A stretch of DNA of 64,000 nucleotides. Source: Puccinia triticina. Taxonomy: Eukaryota. Numbering within the stretch: position 1 is the first letter of the stretch; each line of letters opens with the position of its first letter. The stretch lies in NCBI GenBank assembly GCA_026914245.1, contig CP110439.1, positions 4,154,001-4,218,000 of the forward strand. The letters are read 5' to 3'. The notes beneath the pieces are model-generated. The model made no database searches. It was not told the DNA's origin and saw nothing but the letters and a program-made list of their open reading frames with translations. The translations under genes were made by a program, and so were the position numbers. This document shows positions 37,473 to 48,821 of the stretch, piece by piece.

Positions 37473-40400
37473 AATTGAGACCAGGTTTTCAGTTCCCTTC
37501 CCTTACAACTGCAACCCTGGAAAACAACCAAAAGCAACAAACTGTAGTCACTCATTCAGCAAAGTATAAATCAACTCTAAAAAAAAATAAAACCAGTAAA
37601 CCAACCAATGCCATTATCTCTCAATCCCCCATTATCAAGGCCACCACTCTCAAGAGATCCTTACCTCACTCCCTTAAGCCCTTTTCCTCCACCATTCACT
37701 CCTACCTCCAAGATTACTCAAGAAAGGCTGGACCTCATCAATTTTGGACCTCCTGGATGGCTTTCTCCTCAAGAATATCTCCTGCTGGTATGGGTAATTG
37801 TGATTAGACAAGGTGTTTTGGCTTTTGTAGAAACAGAAAGAGGCCTTCTTAAACACACCTATGGACAGCCTTATATCATTCCAGTCATTCCCCATGAACC
37901 TTGGCAACAGAAACCAATTCCAATCCCTGCACCCATCAAAGACCAGGTTATAGAATTGGTAAGAGAAAGACTCAGCACTGGCCTCTATGAACAATCCTTT
38001 TCCAGTTATTCCAGCCCTATATTTTGTGTAAAGAAGCAGGATGGTAAGCTCAGAATTGTACATGACCTTCAGAAACTCAACAAAGTCACCATTAAGGACG
38101 CTGGACTACCACCAAAGACAGAGGAACTCATTGAATCATTCACTGGAAGGGCTTGCTATGGACTAGGTGATATTATGGGAGGATATGATGAAAGAGAATT
38201 AGCTCCAGAATCCAGACCTTTGACCACCTTTGAAACACCCCTTGGAAGATTTCAACTTACCAGATTACCCCAAGGAGCCACCAATTCAGTTGCAGTTTAC
38301 CAGGCCCAAATGATGTGGATACTCCAGGATGAATTACCTCAACATATGGGAATCTTTGTGGATGATGGAGGTATAAAGGGACCAACCTCTGACTACAATG
38401 AAGAAACTCTAAAGGACAACCCCCAGATCAGAAGATTTATCTATGAATATGCCATTACTCTGGAAAGGATTCTTTTCAGGATTGAAGAAGCTGGACTCAC
38501 CATCTCTGGGAAGAAATTTGCTTGCTGTGTACCTGCTCTGGATCTGGTTGGCCATGTGGTTTGTAAGGAAGGCAGAAGGATATCCATCAAGAAGCTCAAC
38601 AAAATTGAAACCTGGCCAACTCCCACCACTCCTTCAGATGTCAGAGGATTCCTAGGTATCTGTGTATATGTTAGAATGTTCATTAAAAATTACTCAACCC
38701 TCACTGCTCCACTCAGAAGACTCACCAGGAAGGACTCCTCTTGGGATTGGACTGAAGATTGCCAGGATGCCTTTGAGGACCTTAAAAGGATTGTTGGAAC
38801 TGATATCACCCTAAAGAAATTGGACTATGGACCTGATGCTGGCTTAATCAAACTCTCAGTGGACTCCAGTGTTATTGCTGCAGGTGCTGTTCTTACTCAA
38901 CAGGATTCTGATGGATTGGATAGGCCTGTGTTATATGAGTCAGTAGTCTTTTCACCCAGGGAATCAAAGTACTCACAATCCAAATTAGAACTCTGTGGTG
39001 TTGCCAAGATCCTCAAGAAACTTCAAACCAAACTGTGGGGCCAACATTTTCAACTCAGAGTGGATGCCCAGTGCCTTATTGGAATGATCAACAACCCTTC
39101 ACTTCCCAATGCCCCTATGAACAGATGGATTGGATTTATTCAGTTATTCTCCTATGACCTTGTTCACACTCCTGGAAAAACTTTCACCTTACCTGATGGA
39201 CTTTCAAGAAGACCCCCTGATTCTGATGAAGATGATTGTCCTAGCTTTGATGAAGATGAAACCTGGATCAAACCTCACCCTGGATTTGGAACTAAACATT
39301 CTTCTTTTGGCCTGCTTCTGGGGACATCAGCTAAGTTGGGGGAGGGGGTAAGTAACTTGCAGCAAGGAATTTGGAAGCATCTCCAGGAATACCTTTCAAC
39401 CATGAACAAACCTCCAGGATGCAGCAGCCTGGAATTCAAGCAAATTTTGCACAAATCAGCCAACTTCTTCCTTTCCAATGAAGTCTTGCACAGGATCAAC
39501 AAACCATTCTCCCAGATAGTAGTCACCTCTCCTTCAGCTCAGAAATCCATCCTCAATTCCCTTCATGAATCCTTATAAGGCCACAGAGGTATTGCTGAAA
39601 CCTATAGAAGAATTAAACTCAGATTTTGGTGGCCAGGTCTCAAGAGAGGTGTTACCAAGTGGGTCCAGTCTTGTGAAGCTTGCCAGAAGAGGAGTTCAAA
39701 ATTGCCAATGGAACCCAAGAAACCTACAGGAGCAGCAACCATCTTTGGAAGAGTCAGTTTGGATACAGTTCACATCAAAGCTGGCAAATGGAAGTACCTG
39801 GTAATTGCAAGAGATGACCTTTCTGGATGGGTAGAGGCAGTTGGACTAGAAAAGATTCAGGCAAAGAAAATCTCTCAGTGGTTCTTGGACAACTGGATCT
39901 ACAGATATGGAGCCCCTTGGTCAGTCACAGTGGATGGAGGCTCTGAATTTGGACAACAATTTCAAAAATCCCTTCTGGAATCTGGAATCAAAATCAAAGT
40001 CACCACCCCTTATTATCCTGAAGCAAATGGTATGGTAGAAAAAGGACATCAGGCAATTAAGGATACCTTGGTCAAGCTCTGTGGAAAAGAAGGCAAGAAG
40101 TGGAGGAATTATTTACCTTTAGTTTTATTTGCAGACAGAATTTCCACCAAGAGATCAACTGGTTACTCACCTTATGAGCTAGTTCTTGGACAGCCCCCCA
40201 TCTTACCCATTGATTTAGAAGTGGAAACATTCTTTGGAGTGGATTGGTCAAATGTAGAATCAACTCAGGATCTTTTATTGGCTAGGACTCAGCAGCTTGA
40301 AAACAGGGATACCATCTTGCAGCAAGCACACCAGCAGCTCATGGATTCCAGGAAAAACTCTGTGGATTATTGGAACAAAAAGAAAACATCAAGGCAGCCA

Positions 40401-40601
40401 CTAAAGAAAGGTCAATTAGTAGTAGTGTATAACAAATCTCTGGACTCTCAATTTGGCAAGCTCTTTGAAAATAAATGGAATGGTCCTTACAGAATCAAAG
40501 TTCAAAACCCAGGAGGATCTTACATCTTGGAAGAATTGGATGGCACAGAATTGGCCAGAAGGTTTGCTGCAACTCATGTCAAGGAATACCACTCCAGGTG
40601 A
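37469..40601 (+). CDS. pol: Gypsy pol (RT, RNase H, integrase) in the -1 frame; one A-run frameshift (37579-37587) and one stop (39576-39578)
   Basis: LRIVHDLQKLN, LPQGATNS, IFVDDGG, VDSS..AGAVL, ELCGV, DGLSR, H..GHRG..CEACQ, LDTVH, VDGGSEF, YYPEANGMVE, GPY. Confidence 0.9.
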
Positions 40602-40688
40602 AAACAATAAATAAGGAATAATCAATTCATTTCTCTTCTCTTTTCTCTTTCTCATCTTCTTACACAATAACATAAAAACAAAATAAAA

Positions 40689-41589
40689 TCAAATCTATAA
40701 ACAAATCAGAAATAAAATCAATAAAAATCATTTTCAAACACTCTCAAATAAAATAACTAATTATAAAATCAAAAGCTCACCTCTTCTTCTTTTATCACTA
40801 CATCACCCTCTTCCATTTCACTTTCCTCCTTCTCCTTCTCCTTCTCCTTTCCCTTCTCCTTATCTAAAAAAAAATAATAAAAATCAAAAGACATAAAAAG
40901 AAAATTAAAGCATAACATTAGTAAAAGTCTTCAATAAAGAATATAAAAAAAAAAAAAAAAAAAAAAAATAGAATATATTAGAACTTACCCTCAGCTCTTA
41001 TCCTCTCCATTTCTGCTTCTACTCTCCAACCATCTTCCTCCTCTTCCACTTGGTCCCTCATCCTTAATAATTCCAGGGCATTCCTCTCCTCAGTTTCCTC
41101 TATCATGGCATCTATTATGGAATGAGTATCCATCTAAAAATCAAAATAGAAACAGGGAAAAAATATCAGTATTATAATCAATCTTCTTTCTTTTCAAATT
41201 CTTATTCATATACATACGGAATCCATTCGACATACATGTGTAAAAGCGTTGTGGAACCGGCTATACAATTTAAGGCGTGCGTTTCGTGCGGCAACCGGGT
41301 CGTCGAGGTCCTCACGAGCGAAGGCGAGGAGTCCTTGTTGGATATAGTGGCGCAAGGCATCGACTTCTTCAGGTTTAAAAGAATCTCTCATACCGGCGTT
41401 GTACGCGTGAATGTTGTCGACAAACGAGTGCGCTCTGCGAATAGAAAAGGGTGTTTCGTAGGAAGGTCTAATGACGGCCTCTTCGTCAAGCTGCAAAGAT
41501 GATATGGACGTATTGGACGAAGAATCTATCGAGTTTTCAATGATACCTTTTGGCGATGAGGGCGTGGAAGTGGCGCTGGAGGCAAACAT
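40689..41589 (-). CDS. Antisense spliced accessory gene of the Gypsy element, about 201 aa; exons 41589-41218, 41133-40989, 40863-40781, 40694-40689
   Basis: Donors GTATGT, GTAAGT, GTGAGC; branch-like CTGAT, CTAAT, CTGAT; TAG acceptors after T-tracts; all junctions in frame; ends EEGDVVIKEEEI*; TATA-like TCTATAAG about 55 nt upstream. Confidence 0.8.
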
Positions 41590-44500
41590 TACGGATATCG
41601 AAGGCGATAACGGAACTTTTCCGTTGGCCAACGACCTGGGGCCTTATAGATACTCATTCTTCTTCATTCTATGACGTCATGGACGCCTTCACCTTTCGAA
41701 GACGTTTGGCGCGGATTCTCTTTCATTCTTTTAATTTTTGACTCTGGTGTTCGACCCAGTTTAATCTACCCTTTTCCGATATCTCCTGGCGCGTAAATAC
41801 CGCGATCATTTCATCTAAACACCCTTTTCAGACGCAGGAGCTCATTTGGGCAGTCCCTCGGCGGTACCTTCGGTTTATTTCATTATGTAGCCCTTGGATT
41901 TCAACTTCTTTGCGGTGGAAACCGCGGAAATTGTAATGAAACTTTGGAATGTTTCAATAACGATTCGGCCGACCTCAAAATACATATTACACCTTTCCAG
42001 TTTCACCTTTCCAATCCTGGCTTTCGTCTGAATTTGGTTTTAGCCGATTCTATTGAGCGGTTTTGGAATTATAAGCGCTCGAAGTTTTTTAGGATTTACG
42101 CGGCCTCATTTACGGCTTTCATTTAGCGTCCACGGCGGCCCATCGGCCGAATTAATCTTTAATATTGCTCGATTTTCCATTCATCTCCTCCTTCTTGCCT
42201 TTCGAATGAGCCCGGAATCAGAACTTTTCATCGACGGAAATCCAAGTTATACCGAAAACATATTACCTTATATTTACGCGGTGTTACTACTATGCGCGCC
42301 CGCGGATTTTGCTTGGATCTTTAATCGGCCCTACACAACCGAAAATCAACCCTTAAAAATAATCAGTATATACCATTTTAATCTGAAGAATCGGCTCTTT
42401 CGAATGAGCTTGGTTTCAAGAAAATTCATCGAGCCGTTCCGAAGATACGGGTCGACCATTTCCTTTTCTTTTTGTTGACGTTCCGCACGCGCGTTTCCCG
42501 CTTGGAGCCCCCGCTCAGACAACAGGACCCCTCTTTCGACATTACACACAATGAACACATGTTCCATTCCCCGTCTGGACAAAATGAAGAAATCCAATAA
42601 TCCAGTCATTCATTCAATTCCTCCATCATCATCATCATCCTAAATCATTCTTTCTGAAAAATAATCATTCATTCATCCATCAAGAATTCACTCCTCCATG
42701 AAAGGAATCTAAGCACCCATCATTATTCCCTGCCATCAATCATTCATTTTGAACCCCAACTCAATTGACTCCTCCAGGAAGAAATCCAATAATCCAGTCA
42801 TTCATTCAATTCCTCGATCATCATCATCATCCTAAATCATTCTTTCTGGAAAATCATCATTCATTAATTCCTGAACATCAATCATTCCTCCATCATCCTC
42901 TTCACCCTGTATTCTAGGTATTCTTCAGCCAACAAACCAACCTTTCATTCATTCACCATTATAATCAATTTCTTCCAACACATTGCAGCTCAGAAGCCAC
43001 CCAACTTGAGCAAGAATATTCTTTGGACAGCTTATCAGCCTCCCTGGACTTCAAATTCTCTTCACAGAACTCTACATTATATACTCAGATACTCAGAAAT
43101 TCAGCCATTCAACCCCAAATCATTCACAACCTTCAGAAACTACAATTATCAACCCCATCATTCATCATCAATCATTGCATTCTTCCATTGGCCTCAGTTA
43201 GGCAGGAAAATTATTGTATTCTTCAGAGTGGAAATTAGTCTAATATGTTTCTGTCTCAAGGATATTGCCTTCAGCAGAGTTAGATCTTCTTAAACATTCA
43301 CCCCTCATTGATAATTGGACCTTCTTTTGGATACTGGACTCTTTGGATTGGATACTGGACTATGGATACTCTGGATACATAGGACTATTGGACTTTGGAT
43401 TGGACTTGGATACCTTGGACTCAGATATACTGGACTTGGATTATACTTGGATTCTATTGGCTTTGGACACTGGACTTTGGATTTGGATTACTACTCAGGA
43501 CTTTGGATTTCACCTTTTGTAGGAAGAACACTGGACTTTGGAACTTTGGACTCTTGGACTCAACATTCTTCAACTCTTTCTGGATCACTCTTCTCTTTGG
43601 TGCATTGCCTGGGGACAGACAATAAGTTGGGGGAGGATGTGGTGCTCCATTCCAAACCATAAGTAGTATTTTATTGCTTTTCTTTACATACATTCATCAT
43701 TACATTTCCCATTTCCCCCATAACCCTTCACAAATACTTCATTATTATTGCATATTCAGATTCTACGCCAAATTTCACCTATAGTCACTCATACATAGTA
43801 CCCCCTTATCTTCAATGGTTCAGTAGTTATAAAGGATATAAGACTTACAGACAACCTACATTCTTCATTAGTTACAATACTCATTTCATTAGTAACCTAC
43901 TTGAATCATTACAGTAAATTCCTTTTACATATTTATTCTCACATACTAAACCCTTTACATACATTTCTCATTATGTACTATGCCTATTGTACACATTACA
44001 TCATTGGATCTGTGCTTACCTCTTTCAGTAGTGCTCATCATTACAAGTAGTTACTATGTTCTCATCACTCTTCCCCATTAGTACATTCTTTTATTCCCAT
44101 AACCAGCATTCCCCTTTCAGCATTGCTCATCATTACATACTGTTACTATGTTCACATCACTCTTCCTCATTTGTACAACCTTCATTCTCATAGCCAGAAC
44201 TCCTTATTGTCTGTGCTCATCCTTCCTTCATATAAGAACTGTCTTTCCCCCCTCACTTGTACCTTATGAGAATTTATATATAATTTTAGATACAGAAATT
44301 ATAAGTGCCCATTCTCATCAACCCCTTGCCATTAAACCTTGCCATTGCATTCCCCACACTCATCACTCCTCCAACTCTCTTACCCTCAGTAGTCAGTAGT
44401 TAAAGCTCATAGTACTAGCTCCTAAGATCAAGCAGAAATCAGCCACACCTTTTTCTTCTTTTTCTTAGTGTTACTCTCATCCCCTCAGCATTAGTCAGGA

Positions 44501-44949
44501 AGGCAGCCTCATCAGCACCCTTGCATAGCTTACATTAGTACTAGTGTTGCTATCCATTTCCCTTCCAAGCTCTATTCTCCCCCTTGAGTAGTTCCACACC
44601 GTTTGACCGGTCATTGAGAGGTGAAGTCCTTTTTGATGACCAGATGACCGGTCATCGAGAGGGTGTTACTCCTCTGGAAAACCAGTTGAACAGGTCATCG
44701 AGATGTGTACTAGGTGTGTGTACATGTATGATACTGTCTGCTCTCCAAACAGCCTGTTATAAATTGACTCCAATATTATTCTGGATTGGATGCGCCAAAC
44801 AGCCATGTTATAAATCTAATCATTTCTTGATTGGCTTTATTACAGTTGGATTGCACATTGGGTGGTATGTATATTATGATGCAATTTATCATATCACACC
44901 GGGCGTCCAAACGGGGCCTTAAATATACCTCCTTCTCATGTATTCAACC

Positions 44950-46240
44950 ATCACTTTATGTAATTTGATACTTGAAACAGATTTGGCACACCACACCGCC
45001 GTGGCAACGGTTTGCGTTGTGGTCATGCCACCCGTACATACCACCCACCCTTTCACAGAGGAGGATATGCCCCTGATCCCAACTTGGTAAGTCTTTTTCT
45101 TTGCCTGAGGTGTGCGTCCTTATTAGCTTCAAGCTGAGGGCTGGACCTCTGTAGTTCCTGATTAAAAACATGGCCATCATTGAAGCTATGCATTGACTCC
45201 CCCCGCCTTCTTCCAGTAATCCGCGCACTACTCCTACTAGTGGGAGTATTGTTACCCCCCTCTATCCTAGCCCCTCTGCCTCTGTTTACTCGGCAAGTTT
45301 TGTCACCACCGCGGAAGACTTCCTGACTCTGCAAGCTCGCGTCCCTTCCCCAAATCCCCCGGGCTTCTATGATATGGCCGACTTCCATCTCTTGACTCTT
45401 GATCAAGTTGTCTTTCTTCTAGACCGTCAATCCGCTCCCAAATTATTCAACCGTTACATGTTTGTTCCCAAGTACATTGAAGACCTCTATCAATCCATCA
45501 TGAGTGCTTTGGTTCATCACTTCCAGTGATTCCTGGCCGCCAACGCCAAAGAGCCCGCTAGTTGAGTCAGCCTTTTCTAGTACATCACTAGACAATACCG
45601 CACTATGACTTGTCGAACCATCTGAGGTTACTTGCCTTTGTGAGTTCTTCCTTTGTTCTTTTTGACAAACGCTTTCTGAAACTCGTTCTTGTATTTCCTT
45701 AGTTCCATTTGCCTCAATCTTGATGGACAACCGATTTCTAAAGGGGTAAAATTTCCAGTAAAGCCAAGAAAATCACCAGATAGTATAAAAAACCTAAAAA
45801 TCTTTATAGCTAAAAAAAAGCTTAAAATTTTTGTCTTTTAGCCTATCTTACTGTTAGTTTTAGTTAAAGTAACCCAAACCCCCTCCCCCAACTTTAAAAA
45901 GGTTGTCCAAAACCTTCAAAGTGAGAGTGAGAATCTTTGAGAGAGGGTGAGACTAAAAGAGAAAATGAGCTCAGAGTACCAATCTGAGGGATTTGAGAGA
46001 AGTGAGAGCACCTCCCCCAACTTAAAAAATTTGAAAACAGTGAGTTTTTGTCTTTTGATTTATGTGCTGATTTTTGAAGTGATTTGCTGGAATTTGATGT
46101 TCTTGAAGTGTTTTTAATGCTGATTTTGAATTGATTTTTCGAGTGTTTTTAGAGTTTGGCTTGAGTTATTGAATTATAAAGAATTTAACCAGTTTAAGTA
46201 TTGACAGTTGAGGTTGAACAGTTTAGTCTCATGCCCAGGA
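44950..46240 (-). mobile_element. Degenerate LTR-retroelement fragment (LTR/leader/gag-like remnant)
   Basis: Minus strand CCCTCA-GAT-TGGTACTC resembles an LTR end plus PBS near 45980; AAGTTGGGGGAGG motifs; broken ORFs at 45053-45730. Confidence 0.4.
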
Positions 46241-46241
46241 G

Positions 46242-47170
46242 GTAACACTCATAATGGTACTCATTCAGAAGTTACATACTCTTACACACTCACAACACCC
46301 CTTACAACCTCAAACAGTTACACAATCCACATTTACAACACTTAGTTACACACACGGTTACATAGATAGCTACATACATACTTACACACAGCTGCATCAT
46401 CACTTACATACATGCAGTGTACACATGCAGGCACACATGCAGGTGCTAGCTGCATGTAATAGCTGCATGCAATAGCTGCATGCGCTAGTGGATTTTTGTT
46501 GCATAACAACAGCAGGTGACCTGGTTACAGCATGACTACACTAACATCCAGTCCTGACCAATCACACCTCCTGATTCAGCCTGCAGGTCATAACCCATAA
46601 TCACCTGTACAGTCCTGACCAATCACATTCACCCATTCAACATATGTACTAGCCAAAAACCCTCATGTACCTAGCTAAGATCTCTCATGTGGAGCTCCTC
46701 TGGAGCTAAAATCCCTCACCATTGTCTATAAAAGGAGGCTCTCCTCCCCTGTTGTAACTTCCCCCCAGCAGACTACCTGCACTCAGTTTCCCCTATAACA
46801 AAGTACACAACTGCTCACTCCACAATATATCAGTCACCCTATATTTTGGTTTTACACACATTACAAAACACTTACATACGAAATAACAACTCTACACAAC
46901 ACTCACATTACATAACACAAACCTCTGAGGGGTCCTCTTTGACCAACTATCACCTGGTTGAAGTCCAGACTCCTCACTCATAACACATTTTAGCAACTTC
47001 ATCGCACCCACTTTATAACAACAGTTATCTTTAGATAACACTCCACTATCACTACATTAAAACTGCCAATCTGAGATTGGTGGGCTTGTTTAAGTGTCTA
47101 GTGAACCAGGAAAGGCAGAGGTTTCCTCATACATCCCTTTCCGCACTCAGGAACACTTTTGAGCTTTACA
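46242..47170 (+). mobile_element. Probable solo or partial Gypsy LTR
   Basis: CpG-poor, CA-rich; TATA CTATAAAAGG near 46726; ends TTTACA; left end unclear. Confidence 0.5.
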
Positions 47171-48820
47171 CCGCTGCTTGATCTTTGGAGTTAACTTGAG
47201 GTGGATTGAAGAGACTTTCGGCCCTCAATTCAACTGAAGCGGCTATAATCCTGGCCCATTCGTTGTGTAAACGTTGAGGAGGATGGAGGAGCCGGTAGAG
47301 ACCATGGACAAGGGTGGATTCAGGGTGCGGTGTTTTTGTGAAGGGTGGGATGAAAGAACCGGGTCGGCGATCTTTTTCTTTGTCCCCAAATCCACTCAGC
47401 CGAGGGAAGTTGATGATATCGGGGCAATACCATTGCTCCCCCTCAGAAGGCAATAAGAACGATTCCGCTGAGAGTATAAGCAGTTTCAGTTGTTGGAAGT
47501 GGTAGAATTCTGGACATGAGAGGAGGGTACTCACCAAGTGAGGTGATAGTGTTGATCCACACGCCATGGGAGCAGGGTGTGCGTTGCAAGCAGAATGCCC
47601 GGGGTGGTGACGGAGCTGTTGGGTGCATTGCTTGGGCAAGATTGTGGAGCAAGGGGGCAAGAGATTGCCAAGTCGTCTGATATTTAGCCCATGATGGTTT
47701 TGAGCCGACAAACGTTTGATGAATGCTGGCAACCTGGATGCGGATGGCGTCCGCCTTAACAATTGTGAGCTTGGTGGGGTGGGGTGCTGAAGATGAATTG
47801 CCTGGAAGATTGGTGCTGGGGAGTAAGTGTGAGCTGGCGGATTCCGATGGACCTGTCGCCGAGGCGCGACTGTCGGTGTCTGGACTAGGAGGATGGAAGA
47901 GAGGGGACTTGGGTCCACCAGAGGGGTTACCGTTGGCTGTTGTATCTTGAGGAGGGCGGGCAAATTGGGATGACGGGAATGAGGCATCCGCGCCGCGCAA
48001 GTCAGCAAGAGCAGGAAGATTGGACAAATCAGGATTAGGCAGATCAGACGGCTGAGAGCGATTGGCAGCTGGTGATGAGTCGTTGCAGACCGGGTCTAAG
48101 GGCGTCTTGGCGGGCTTGGACAGGGTGTTTGTTGTTTGAGGCTGCAAATGTGCATCTGCAGTCAAGGATGGCTTGTTGGTTTGAGACGTGGACAGGCTTG
48201 GCAGGGTAGCGGGTGGAGGAACTGCAGGTGGGCTTGTTGATGACGGGTTGGAGGGGTTGGCGGGTGTCTTAGAGAGGAGGTCAGCGGCTTTAACCGAGGG
48301 GCGCTTGCCATTCCGCGTGCCAGTCCTTTGTTTCCGTGAGCTTTTCGCCAAGGTAGAAGGTGAATGAGAATGATTGGATGGATCAGTGATTTTAATGTCC
48401 TCTTCATCAGGAACAAGTCCTGTTTCTTGCCATCCTGGAGGTAACGTAACAAAGAACCATGGGATTGGAAGTTTGGACAAAAACATCCGTGGGACCGAGT
48501 GGGAGGCAGAGGGGTATATGAAGGGATGACATACTCTTCTTACTGTGCATAAGTGAAGTGAATAGATCTTTGGCCTTGCGTTTACAGCTACGGGTGAGCT
48601 TGAGAGCGGCAATATCTTCTGCTGCTTGGGCCGCGGCATCTATTGAACGACCGAATTCTTCCGCGGTGATTTCGACGATTTCCGTTTGAAGAATGGATTC
48701 TTCAGGGTTCAGTGAGGCTGGGGTGGCAGACGGTCGGTTTTGAAGAGCAAACTGCTGAAAAGATGGAGCAGGGAGTACCGCTAGGATGAAGTTCTGCAGG
48801 AGGTCCTGTTGGGCTACGGT
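47171..48820 (-). pseudogene. Fragmented ORF of unknown (probably TE-associated) function
   Basis: Overlapping 186, 398 and 280-aa ORFs in different frames, truncated at both ends by TEs. Confidence 0.3.
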
Positions 48821-48821
48821 C

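Larger units (their letters stand above)
33876..44598 (+). mobile_element. Young full-length Ty3/Gypsy element, 961-bp LTRs (33876-34836, 43638-44598)
   Basis: TGTGG..CCACA LTRs nearly identical (one difference noticed); TSD CCGT; PBS TGGTGTCCCAAC after the 5' LTR; PPT AAGTTGGGGGAGGA. Confidence 0.97.
32594..44918. mobile_element. PIF/Harbinger-type non-autonomous element split by the Gypsy insertion
   Basis: GGCCCCGTTTGG..ATATGATAAATTG and its inverted copy; TAA/TTA flanks; the internal TGACCGGT array (32820-33875) continues at 44599-44700. Confidence 0.78.

Noticed and set aside
40600..43637. env-like gene in the Gypsy 3' region
   Set aside because: No long sense ORF with signal or TM architecture; the coding signal is antisense and spliced
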